From the NCBI GenBank assembly GCA_964035545.1, contig OZ037767.1:2367680-2431679 (forward strand): a stretch of DNA of 64,000 bases. Reading direction: 5' to 3'. Every line of letters starts with the position of its first letter. The first letter of the stretch is position 1. Below the pieces are notes generated by a model. The model searched no databases. It saw only the letters and a list, made by a program, of their open reading frames with translations, and had not been told where the DNA came from. The position numbers and the translations under genes are program-made. This document shows, piece by piece, positions 52,801 to 64,000 of this stretch. The DNA is from Bugula neritina. Lineage: Eukaryota; Animalia; Bryozoa.

Positions 52801-55252
52801 TTCGCCAGTAGTTGAACGTGAAATTAGATATTCTCCAGGTCCACTCAGTGTGAGGGAGTACAAGCCAGGCTAGTCCTATCAAGAGAACCAATCATATTAC
52901 AGTATGTTACTATCATAGCAAGATAATAGCCAATAGTATTTCATTTATCAGTCATTAGCCCTTCCTGCCCAATTATACTGGCAAATAAATTGGCCAATAA
53001 ATGGTAATCAGTATAAATACTAAGAACACATATAATAAAACATATAAAACCAATCATAGGTAGTTCCTAATGTAAATAAGCTAAAGATACTCCCGTATTA
53101 AAAGGCATTGTTGGATTAGGTTTGAGTACCTGCAATGCCTGTCTGCCCAATCATGTAAGTGCTCGACAATATGGCCGTCATTCTAGCTCGTTTCTTCACT
53201 GGTAGGAGTTCAATGACATAAGTATACACCAATGGCACCGTCCCTCCCTCTCTACAATGATTCAACAAGAGTACACAACTTCTTAAACGCATATTTCAAT
53301 GTATTTACAAAGGTGCAGGGGGAGGAGGGAATGTGACATATTGGCATTGTATCAACTATATAATGAAATGAATTGCTCAGTTTGACAGTAAAACAATTCT
53401 GGTGACTGATACCATAAGCTGCTGGGAAATGTTAGTCAGCTTTAGTACACAGAAAGATTCCACTAGTGATTACATTGAAACAGTCTTTTCAAATTTAATA
53501 AACTAAAAGATTTTTCGAATAGACTTGAAGTCTATTGAAATGTCTCAAAAGACAGAAACTTTGCAGATTACAATAGGAAGCAGGCAATACATTTCGAATT
53601 ATGCTTTAAGGTACACCATGAGTTAGACTATGGGTTATGCTATGAGTTACACTATGAGTTACACTGTGAGTTAGACTATGAGTTACACTATGAGTTAGAC
53701 TATGAGTTACACTAAGAGTTACACTATGAGTTACACTGTGAGTTAGACTATGGGTTATGCTATGAAGAATAAACCTGTCAAATGATGACATAGTAAGCCT
53801 ACAGCCCCCAACACCATAATAAGGGAGGGTACTAACCCCAGACCGCTCAAGAACCTCATCAGTATAAGGAACCACAGGCTTTGACTAACAGAGCTGCCAA
53901 CTATAAACAAGCCATTGCAGGCTTGGCATAGAATGAGAGCTGGAATACGCCCTCTAGTGTCGGCAAACGAGCCCCAGATGTACGCCCCAAACATCATACC
54001 TGGCAGAATGAAAGAAAGCAGTCTAATGTGATAAAGGCAATACCCACAATGTATTAATATAAACAAACTTATATAAAACTCACACAAGTTTATAGACACT
54101 ATCCTCGTGAGAAACTCATGGTGGAAAGAATTTAAGTGGGATAAGGACTTATTCAGATGTGACACAGGAGCAATAATTACTGAATGCTCTTCCTAACATC
54201 ACCAATAGTCTTTAATGGGGTTCAAACCCATGATTTCTGGTATACTGGGCAAACACTCTAACCCCTAGACCACAGCTGCTTCCTAAATCAAGCTGATATG
54301 ACTAATATAAAATCATTGAATATTACAAAATTAATTTCTATGCAGTGAATGAAATCACTTTTTATGAAATTTTTAGTCATAAAACTATATAACTTATCAA
54401 ATTTTAAAACAACATTTTCAGATGCAAACCAGCGAATCCCATGGCAGTGAGTAGCCCTAGCTCCAAATCTGTAGCCTCAAGTTCACAAGACGCTTGGGGC
54501 AAGACGTATGATATGGACATTGTCTGAACAGCGTCGGCAGCATGAGCTAATCCAAACACTAACAGCATCAGCACATGAAACCTACCAAACCCTAAAAATA
54601 ACATCATAATTCCATAAATAGCAACATGCTATAACAATATAAAATGCTTCAACTGACACCCTTTTAAAATAACGTAAAAATATAATCTATACCAAAACCT
54701 CAGAAATAAATTGACACAAGTGTGTATTAGATAATCAAACACAGATTGAAAACTTTAGCAAATTTTCTGACCTAAATAATATATCTTAATTTTTAATTTT
54801 ATTATCTTTTTCACACGGGAAGTTATGCTTCCACTGCATCGAGCAAATGTAAGAGATGTTAAGAGTTAAACGCCATCTACGATACTTTCAATAATGAGTA
54901 AAACAGTGCTCAATTTAAAAAACAGTAAAATTAGGTATTCGCAGCTTCTTTATCTAAAAACTGGTATGAAAGGCATATATAATATCAGTACCTGCAGATT
55001 CTATAGCGTCATCTATAGTAATGCAGCGTAATTCTTCCCCATCCTCTTCTATGTCGGTGGAGTGCATACTGGCATACCCATCACCATTAAATATTGTATC
55101 TACAAAAGTTTAAAAAATTGCACATATTGTTTGTAGTGTTTGCTTAAATCAATTGGTATTTTAAATGCTTTAGAAACTTCAGCTAGCTCACCTTTGCCAT
55201 TCACAAACAGTATAGCTGTTTCGTCGTCATCATCTTCAACGTCCACCGCCAT
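49845..55252 (-). CDS. SV2/SVOP-like MFS transporter, paralog C, 12 exons
   Basis: Exons approx. 55252-55192, 55099-54992, 54591-54430, 53999-53837, 53251-53130, 52875-52715, 52399-52325, 52170-52099, 51536-51445, 50944-50718, 50392-50233, 50031-49845; motifs ITIDDAIESAGFGRFH, WGSFADTRGR, PESPRYL, YYGLTMWFP, EIFPSKVRSTA. Confidence 0.88.
51544..51812. repeat. 17-bp minisatellite (ACACATGTCACTTTACT) x ~16 abutting a splice acceptor
   Basis: Ends within 7 nt of the minus-strand acceptor at 51537/8. Confidence 0.95.
53618..53765. repeat. 12-bp minisatellite (TATGAGTTASAC) x ~12
   Basis: Read directly; in intron 4 of paralog C. Confidence 0.93.
54185..54283 (-). mobile_element. tRNA-derived SINE fragment
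   Basis: Minus strand reads GCAGCTGTGGTCTAGGGGTTAG (A-box-like)...GGGTTTGAACCCC (B-box-like)...GGTGATGTTAGGAAGAGCA; does not fold into a full cloverleaf. Confidence 0.55.
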
Positions 55253-55699
55253 TTCAAACAGTCACTTTAATAATGATAAAACATACATCAGAACAGTTAA
55301 AACTAAGAAAAATACTTTTAGTAATATAAGTACTAATACTAATAGTGATAACCATAGTCAATAGAAACAATTATTTATATTGCTCTATAATAGCATGCAG
55401 GCTATAACAAAATTAATATTTCATTTTACATTAATATAGGGAGTTATTGTACTAATAACTATAATTCAAGTACGATAAGTATAAAAAATCCTTATATTGA
55501 TACGAATTCATCATCATAATGATAATTTTAATGAGTTTAAACTCAAACTAAGAGCAAATATTAAATTAGTACTTAATTTTTATTTGTATTTTGAATTAAA
55601 GTTTGACTTTTCACTCAGAGGCGTAAAAGCTTATTAAAGTGAAAATTGTAAAAACAAGCCAAGCTAAAGTTATTTTTACTCAAACTACAACTGCCATAA

Positions 55700-56212
55700 T
55701 CATAATGATCATAACAGTAGCTATGATACTGACTGTGAAGATCACAGGCAAGAACAGCAACAATACTAAATCTAATGACAATGAGTAATGATTAATTGCT
55801 AATGACTAATGAGTAATAACTAATGAGTTAAACTAAATGCAATCAGCAATTACTGGTATTAATAGCAATACTAATACACTATCACTATCAGTATGACTAT
55901 GACTCTGACTGTAAGTGTATTACTATTAGTATGAGTATTACTAATACTAATAGTAATACTAATACTAATAGTAATACTAAGTCTAATGGTAATACTAATA
56001 CTCACTAAATCTAATATTAATAATAGTATTAATTCTCTTACCTATAAATTGAAGTATAACTATAAGTTATAACTAATAGTAATACTAATAGTAATAGTAA
56101 TAATTATACTTATAGTTATAGTCTTATACTTATACTTATAGTTATACTTATAGAGTTATACTTATACTTATAGTTACAGAGTTATACTTTTAGTTATACT
56201 TATAGTTAATGT
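55700..56212. repeat. Cryptic simple-sequence block (TAATAC / TTATAG) that received the LTR insertion
   Basis: Related to 26950-27770; the empty site reconstructs as TTATAGTTA-ATGT-TATACTATT. Confidence 0.7.
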
Positions 56213-56681
56213 TGTTATATCTGGATTTATAAGTATATGTGTAGTTGTCATCTCTTGCTGTTGCATGTGTGTGGGGTGCACAACTCTAAGTTTGACATTA
56301 ATATTACTTATAGTGTGGGTGTGGCTTGTGTGAGTGTGATAGCTATATAACCTAGTGAAAATGGGAGAATGGGGAAGACTTGAGACAGATTGAGGAACGA
56401 TTGTGAATAGTTATATAGAATGTGTGCAACCTAATTAGAATGTGTTAGAGTACGTTTGTGAGTGCTAGCTCAGGACCATAGACCGAGGAGCACCACCAGC
56501 CAACTACTCTAACCCGGAGTCTCAACTTCACCCCTACCAGACAGACAGGAGCTGGAGTTACCTCGCAGCCAAGCTATAAACCCGCAACTGCACACCGACC
56601 CCGAGCTCACCCCAAGGCCATATTAAATATATTATTCGGTGAGTTTATAATACTCAAAATTAGTAAAACCCCACCACAACA
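56213..56681 (+). repeat. 5' LTR
   Basis: TGTTATATCT...CCACAACA; TATA-like motifs, ATTAAA; no difference from the 3' LTR seen by eye. Confidence 0.97.
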
Positions 56682-56683
56682 TT

Positions 56684-56696
56684 TGGTGGAGGTGCC
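56684..56696 (+). promoter_or_regulatory. Primer-binding site complementary to the tRNA-Ala 3' end
   Basis: TGGTGGAGGTGCC, 2 nt after the LTR, is complementary to ...GGCACCTCCACCA of eukaryotic tRNA-Ala. Confidence 0.8.
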
Positions 56697-56990
56697 AATC
56701 GCTCTCGTGCACCGCTCCAGTTTCTTAGTCTATCTGTGTGTTTTATTAGTTGAGACTGCCATAGAAGTCCCGTACAGTTAGTTTTTTCCAATTTGTTTTT
56801 TTAATGTGGCTTGTTTTTATCTTACTGTTGATTTGTGCACAAATTGACACGAGGACGTGTCTGTTTTAAATATGGGGTGGAAATATTATATCATTTATCC
56901 TATTGTGCAAGCAAAAATGATTAACCATACATAGGCTTACATAAACAAATTTCATATATAAATAGCCTATATAGCATTTTCTATTACACA

Positions 56991-58298
56991 ATGGCCACAT
57001 GTAGTGACTGGTGCCACTTATTTAGATGCCCCAAAAGTTGGGCTTTTGTTCATCAATTTGGTGATATTTCTGACAATTGGTATCGAACCAAAGCTGATTT
57101 TAGCTATCGAGCAAAAGCTCTCAACCTCACAGATGAGCAAAGTGTTAAATTCCTAGGCCTTTGTCTCTATGGTAATGCAAAACAAAGTTATCAGAACATT
57201 GTAAGGTCTACAAATTTCCAAATCTCATTTGACACCCTGATTAATGTTCTTGACAAAAAGTTTAATAAGAACCACTCTACAAAGATGAAAAAGTTCCTAG
57301 ACCTCCATATTAGGGCCCATGAGTCTACAGAAGACTTTTTATGTAGAGTTATCGATGAGGGCAATAATCTATATATGCTAGATAGTGGCTCAAAACTTAC
57401 AATTATAGGTGAGACTTTTGCTACTGGCGTAGGTAACCGTGAGCTAAGTTACATTTTGCTGCCACAACTGGCAGGTAGGTTTAAAAATCCACCAACCATA
57501 GAGGAGTTGTTCACACTCTGCTACAAGCACAGCGTGGACAGTCCGAGTAGGAAACCTACCAAATGCCATATCTGCGCCAGTATTATTACTAAAGTAGGTT
57601 CAGAGTGCAGACCGGCAGATGAAGAATCAAACACCCAGACCCCCGAGTCCAGATTCTCCACCCCACAACCTGCCGGAAGCACCCAGCACTGCAACCCAGC
57701 ATCGGAAATACCTGCAACCTCAGACGGTACCACTGAGGCAGAAGGTATGAACCCCAGCTGTCCATCGGCATCGCCATGTTCAGCTACTGGAGAGCAAGCC
57801 CGACCTACTAGCAAAGTCTCACCAGAAGAGAAGATAGCTGCAAGCCTTCATCAGGATGTGATGACTGCCACACCCAACCTTCACTCAAGCTCGAAAACCT
57901 CTGATAAGGTATTTAATGTGTGCAGTCACCCTGTGACAGCAGCCATATATCTTCTTATATACATGCTTTTCTCTACCCTGCAACACCTGGTGTGCACCAT
58001 CACAAGCATTTGTTTTGGCGTCACTTTTATCTTTAAACTGGGTAAAGACATCTACTCAAGTGGCAGGGTTAAATGTCAAACCCAAGGGCATAACGGTATT
58101 CTATTACTTGGAAATTACAAAATAATTTTTCCTAAGTTGAGTAAGCCAAAATTCGGCCCACACACCAAATACATTTATAGGTTGGCCAACAAGCTTTTGA
58201 GATACTTCTCAAAAGTCATTGTCAGACTTGACCCTCTCCCCCCTGGCAGTCTGAACAATAACAATATTCTAGCCCAAATACAAGCCCTCAGTACCTAG
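56991..58298 (+). CDS. Gag-like protein (435 aa) with P/S/T-rich linker and hydrophobic C-terminal segment
   Basis: Intronless ORF downstream of the PBS; retrotransposon capsid-like pattern LGLCLYGNAKQSY...FDTLINVLDKKF...HESTEDFLCRV...ETFATGVGN; CxxC remnant (CHIC); hydrophobic VTAAIYLLIYMLFSTL..VCTITSICFGVTFIF. Confidence 0.75.
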   Translation: MATCSDWCHLFRCPKSWAFVHQFGDISDNWYRTKADFSYRAKALNLTDEQSVKFLGLCLYGNAKQSYQNIVRSTNFQISFDTLINVLDKKFNKNHSTKMKKFLDLHIRAHESTEDFLCRVIDEGNNLYMLDSGSKLTIIGETFATGVGNRELSYILLPQLAGRFKNPPTIEELFTLCYKHSVDSPSRKPTKCHICASIITKVGSECRPADEESNTQTPESRFSTPQPAGSTQHCNPASEIPATSDGTTEAEGMNPSCPSASPCSATGEQARPTSKVSPEEKIAASLHQDVMTATPNLHSSSKTSDKVFNVCSHPVTAAIYLLIYMLFSTLQHLVCTITSICFGVTFIFKLGKDIYSSGRVKCQTQGHNGILLLGNYKIIFPKLSKPKFGPHTKYIYRLANKLLRYFSKVIVRLDPLPPGSLNNNNILAQIQALST

Positions 58299-61251
58299 AT
58301 CTAGATAGGTATTTATATAATTAAATTACTAGCCCATTATGTAGCCAGCCTAAGAGTTTCTATAAATCTCCATATTAGTTTCTTATAGTCCCAGCCCATC
58401 CGGCTGTTGGACATGTACAAGCCACTAATGCCCAACTCGATATACTATTTACTCCGTAGTCCCAGCCTATCGAGCTGTTGGACGCTTGCAGGCCATCATT
58501 CAATGTATGTGCACATATACTAACAATTTTATGGAATTACAGGGCTCGTCCAGAATGACGTTAAACTTCAATCGTAAAACTAGGGCTACACAGTATACTG
58601 TCATAATATATATAGGCTACTTCAACAAATAGGCTACATACGATAATTTATATAAAGCGCTTTTAAACACAAACTGTCCCGAACAACAAACGAATCGAAA
58701 AACAATTGTATAATTTATATCGCCATGACGACACGTCAGTAGGGCAACACGTACGTAGAATCACTACAGAAAATGGGACACCGACACAGATCGAATATAT
58801 AAAATTTCATAATGGTATACCGACAGCATGCATAAATCCGTACGAAAATACAACAAATTTACAGGCCTTGCAAAAAACAAAAATTACTACTGGACGTCCA
58901 TAGAGCTCTATACTCTGACATTGACTAGACTAAATTTCATAGACGTATGAAATAGACTGAGTGCACATTACTCTGGTGCATTTTGCTACCCTGCATGCTA
59001 GCTATTAATACTAACCACTGTCTATATGTTGGTGATGGATATATGTATACAATCTCATGTTGTGAATTTTCTATTAATGAAGCGCTGCTGCTGCCTGGCC
59101 ACGCCGCACATTTAAGCACAACTTGTGCTGGCGCCTCACGTACGACAGTATATGACTTTATTTAGTAGGCTATGACACGACAGTAATCCAGTAATTTACT
59201 TATTTGAAAACATAAATAAAACTAGCTATAAAAATATTATACTGTAGTTATGTGTACCAAACTCATATAAGAGTCACCAGGGATCAATGTTGTTTGCAAT
59301 TACTTTTTCAAGAGGAGAATAGAATATAAGCGTTATTGTTAGTAGGATATATGTGGAGACAGGCACTGTGGGGGCTGGCATTGCTACATGTGACTGCAGC
59401 GCATGGGGCATGTCAGCTGCCACCTGTACAGTCTCAGTCACTCCCATGTTTTGTTTAGATTATGGCCTTAGTTAACTTTAATTAAAACTTCTTATACCTG
59501 AGTGCAATACTATTTAGTCAAATTACTAATCGAATTAATATATAATACGTCTTATCGCCTTATAAGATTTTCTCTTGAAGTAATCATCTATTAAGCTCAT
59601 TACCAACCACGCAGGCCCATATACCTTGATAAACTCAAGCTGGTAGGTAGTCATCGTCTGTGACTACTGCACCATACCATTATTACTCTCTAACTGATGT
59701 GTATTATCAATGAACTGGAAAAGTTCAATATGTATGACAACCATAGTCTTGTGAATCTACAGGTTCATAGTGTTTATTAATTGATATCATCTTGCTGCTG
59801 GAGCAATAATCAGAGGTTAATTTTTATTCTCTAGGAAAATGTTGACATAGTTGAGTTCTGAAGGTTGGAAGCAATTAGTGATAATCTAAGGGGAAGTAGT
59901 TTTGTTAATTAACCTGATAGCTGGCTCTAAGTGAATCAAACTAGACAGTTTAGGAAATAGTAGACCAAACATAAACTTTAATGAGCTGTAAGCCTTACCC
60001 AGCAAGACAGCTTGAAATTATTGCTTGAGATATTATATTACACAACTCTGTATGATGAAGGTGTTTCCATTCTCTTTTGGGTCCTGGATTTTACTTTGTA
60101 GACATTTCTATTATTGTGATAAAGATACTCAGGCCTATTGCCTATATCAATTGTCATTCTCTCCATATTTATATACATCTTAGTTTACGACAGGCTCATA
60201 CAGTCATCATATTATATTAATTATGTTAGCCTTATCCTTATAAAGAAATATACTAGCCCCAGTAAATACACTTATCTACGTAGACCTCTAATCCTTAATC
60301 ACATATTACATTGGTATAGACTGGTACCACCATACTCCAATCTCCGTTATAGTCTTTTCCCACGCCATATAATGTGCTTGATATGTATATAGTTGGAATT
60401 AGCATTGAATACAAGCTTATAAATGTAAGTCGCCACAGCCAATATTAAAAGTCAGGAGTAATTAATTATAATTCCTTAGTTCAAGTCCCACAGATTAGAG
60501 TAACCGCTGATATGAGTTTAGTGCTATATAAACAGAATATAATACAAGGCCATTGCTATTACTGTGTGTATAACATTGCAGACTACAGTTTTTCCACTAT
60601 AGTTACAAAGATGGTATATAGAATAAATTATACTAATTATGCTAATCCTTGCCGATTTTATACTAATAAGAGGGGCTACTTAGAATTAGATAAGTCATTA
60701 ATCAAAATAATTGGTCTGGCAACATCTGTCAGATTAAAAGGTTATTATATTTAATGTGGAAGTAAGCTTATAATTAAATTGCATATGTCTCATAATATCT
60801 CATAATCTAGAAAAATAGTAATTGATACTTTCTTTGAAGATAGGGCTACATAGCCACAACTCATTTACAAATACCCTGCATAATTTTCAATTTTAAGATT
60901 TAATTTATAATGCTTAGTTAACTATAAAATTCAGATTTAAGTCGTGCTAACTCATTTAGTTTAAAAAAAAAAAATATAGAAATTGATGCAATCACTGCAA
61001 AAAAAAAATAAATAAACGCTGACTGATGAAGCTACTTTCTACCTAGGTCTTGGCTTGTTCAAGTTTCATCGTTCAGATCTTGCATGCTACATGCTACGTG
61101 CACTAACATATTATGGTTATATTTACTGGATAAACGTTTTTTATTTTTTTCAAGTGTAGGTATAGTACAGACTAATATTTAATATACTAATTTCTTCCAA
61201 TAGAACATAAAGTGATCCACAAGGTGATTAAAAAAAAAAATATATATATAT

Positions 61252-61284
<33 letters not shown>

Positions 61285-61720
61285 CATATATAGCATACAT
61301 GCATCTATAGCATTTTGTCTGATAGGCTCTATTTTATAAAAGGTAACAAAAGGAAATTTGCAACTTTCAATAGACAGAAGTTGAACTAATTCTTGCTGTG
61401 CTGTTCTCTTGTATGTTACCTATTCTATAACTTGGTCAATAGTAGTAGTAAATCCCACAGCCCTATTAAACAGTTGTGAGGCTAGTAGACGCTCACAGCT
61501 ATATATAAAAGTTACTATGTATGTAGTAATTTCCAATACGTCTATTAATATCAATTATACCCAATGTCTAATATATTGCAAGTTCTAATATGTCCAGTAA
61601 TCCTAAAGTAATTACATATTTAATAGTTTAACCTTGTTACTGCAATATTTATCCTTAAATCGCAATGCCCCTAGTCAAGTATTTACAGGTGGAACTGTAA
61701 ATTTTTATTGTGACGGAGAA

Positions 61721-62189
61721 TGTTATATCTGGATTTATAAGTATATGTGTAGTTGTCATCTCTTGCTGTTGCATGTGTGTGGGGTGCACAACTCTAAGTT
61801 TGACATTAATATTACTTATAGTGTGGGTGTGGCTTGTGTGAGTGTGATAGCTATATAACCTAGTGAAAATGGGAGAATGGGGAAGACTTGAGACAGATTG
61901 AGGAACGATTGTGAATAGTTATATAGAATGTGTGCAACCTAATTAGAATGTGTTAGAGTACGTTTGTGAGTGCTAGCTCAGGACCATAGACCGAGGAGCA
62001 CCACCAGCCAACTACTCTAACCCGGAGTCTCAACTTCACCCCTACCAGACAGACAGGAGCTGGAGTTACCTCGCAGCCAAGCTATAAACCCGCAACTGCA
62101 CACCGACCCCGAGCTCACCCCAAGGCCATATTAAATATATTATTCGGTGAGTTTATAATACTCAAAATTAGTAAAACCCCACCACAACA
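61721..62189 (+). repeat. 3' LTR
   Basis: Direct copy of 56213-56681. Confidence 0.97.
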
Positions 62190-63273
62190 ATGTTATACTA
62201 TTAATATTTATTTTATATAAAAATATTGTGATATTCGCAATTAATATAAAAATATATTAATTTAAATCTGTACTCCCCACATTCAATCAGCAATAGACTA
62301 GTCACAGTCACAATGGTCATCAGCTGCGAGTGTAAATATCATAATAATTATAAAATTAAATATTAAATAATCACGATGCGGATGCCAAGCTCAAAGTGAA
62401 AGTGAAACTGAATTGGTGAGTGTGAAGGTCAAATGGTGAGGTGAGTTACGAGGTGAATGCTGAAATAGTCCACTTAAAATTATGCAATAAAAACTTTATT
62501 GGGTATTTGCAATAGTAGATGTAATTTGCATTAAGAACAAGCGCTTTTCAACAAAATGAATACGTTGCAAGCAGTGAGATTAAAATATAGATAAATTAAA
62601 TCTGCAGGCTGAGAAAAACATTGAAGGCGATACTGTATGATGTTTATTCTCGATCCCGATCAAGAACTTCGCCTCATGATCTCATTATTCATTGGCCAGT
62701 CACATGGTGCAAAGGTCACAATGGCTTTTTTAGTGAAAGCATAATTCCAAAGTTACCAAACTAAATAATACATTATATAACCTTTAATTTGTTCGATGCT
62801 AGGTTTATTTTAATTTAAGCATTTATATGTGTAGTATGATACAGAAAATAATATGTGTGCATATGGTGGACAGCATAAATTTCTGCATAGCCTCTCAATT
62901 AGTTACATGATGTTACAAAAAATATAAATCGGTTGATATAAACATATAATACATTCTGTGAAATATTACCCATTGATAATAAAAAAGAAATTTATAATAA
63001 AAGGAATTCTCTTACAAATAGGCATACTCCGAAATAAAACTGTTCTTGCACAAAACATGAAGCAATGTATATAGTTTGAAAAATAAAAGTATTTACAATT
63101 TATAGTTATGATTACTTTGTCATATGCTATTTAGTTATATATAACTTACAAATATTGCATCTCCATTTCAAGCACCAATTTAAGTTGTGTACACCTAGTA
63201 CTACAACAAAATTTTTAAATGATCTGGAATCTACATAAGCGTGTACCTTTAATTATAAATAATAAAGAATACT

Positions 63274-63460
63274 TTAGTTTATGGCAGCATTGGTAGTATT
63301 GGGAAGTTTATACGATAAAACTCCACCAATCAAGAGGAGAGCAGCTATTAATAGAATTGGAATTGCGCAGTGAACTGACAGTAGTGCCCCCATCAACACT
63401 ATAGCCAATATAGAGGAGATCTGTTCAAATACTGCTTTTTGTAGACCCATAGCTGTTGAT
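63274..63460 (-). CDS. Last exon of a fourth SV2/SVOP-like paralog D (rest outside the window)
   Basis: AG|A TCA ACA GCT... gives STAMGLQKAVFEQISSILAIVLMGALLSVHCAIPILLIAALLLIGGVLSYKLPNTTNAAIN*, homologous to exon 12 of A, B and C; not in the ORF track. Confidence 0.88.
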
Positions 63461-64000
63461 CTACAAAAAATTAGTAGACTTTTATTATTCTGCTAGACGT
63501 ACTAGTACACTTACTCAATCAAAATAAAAAAATATATTTCTGGCAATATAAACTTGTTGGTTGCATTTTGATTCACTTGATGCAAAGCAGTGCAATACCA
63601 TCATAGTGTACTGGGTTAGTGTGTCGCATTAATGTATTACATTCAGGCAATGCATCAATAAATATGCATCAATTATGCCTATAGTTTATATTGCACTATA
63701 AAAATTGAAATTCAAACTGCAGAAAAATAGTAATTTTTACCCTGATAATCTAAATCATTTATTAATTGATTATAAGCTGATTCATTACGAAAAATTTTGG
63801 TCTTCTTTAAAAAAACTATTTATAAAACTGATTACATTTACCTAATTTCAAGTCAGTATTTTGTAACCAAAATTCATAATTATTTTTCATTAAATAAACT
63901 TTCATTATTAAGAGTTATCTTAACAACATTTTGAATTTTGCTGATAACTTTACAACATTTCGACTATCACAAAGAAATGTCATTTTAGAATGAATGGGTA

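Larger units (their letters stand above)
56213..62189 (+). mobile_element. Non-autonomous LTR retroelement (Ty3/Gypsy-like, gag-only)
   Basis: 469-bp direct repeats with TG...CA termini, 4-bp TSD ATGT (56209-56212 and 62190-62193), PBS after the 5' LTR, short purine tract GACGGAGAA before the 3' LTR, one long ORF and no pol ORF. Confidence 0.95.

Noticed and set aside
57521-57814. Antisense ORFs within gag and within other exons (e.g. 5072-5404, 25448-25636)
   Set aside because: Shadow ORFs of GC-richer coding sequence.
58706-59165. Short ORFs as pol or env remnants
   Set aside because: No D-S/T-G protease, YxDD RT, DDE integrase or env-like features visible.
61021-61080. CTGATGA as a hammerhead ribozyme core (retrozyme hypothesis)
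   Set aside because: No downstream stem II-GAAA or compatible stems found.

Overview
AT-rich, intron-rich eukaryotic (invertebrate-like) genomic DNA; no prokaryotic features. From left to right: (1) the 3' part of a multi-exon TTC28-like TPR-CHAT gene (+, about 179-16359) whose CHAT catalytic dyad appears lost and whose 2124-4917 intron holds four identical tRNA-Gln(TTG) genes and one pseudogene; (2) a six-exon storkhead-box (STOX-like) winged-helix gene (+, 19181-25700); (3) a cluster of SV2/SVOP-like MFS transporter paralogs: A (+, 28264-39570, with two more tRNA-Gln genes in an intron as an inverted duplicate of the first cluster), B (-, 40851-46440), C (-, 49845-55252) and the last exon of D (-, 63274-63460); (4) an apparently very recent ~6 kb LTR retroelement (56213-62189; 469-bp LTRs, ATGT target-site duplication, tRNA-Ala PBS) encoding only a Gag-like protein with a hydrophobic tail and no pol. 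The most striking unexplained pattern is that many tandem repeats start exactly at exon-intron junctions and copy the splice site itself. In the extreme case an entire 164-bp intron is four 41-bp copies of the upstream exon end plus donor, with the internal GT donors mutated. All exon coordinates were derived by eye from GT/AG sites and reading-frame continuity; family assignments are from recalled motifs, not database searches.
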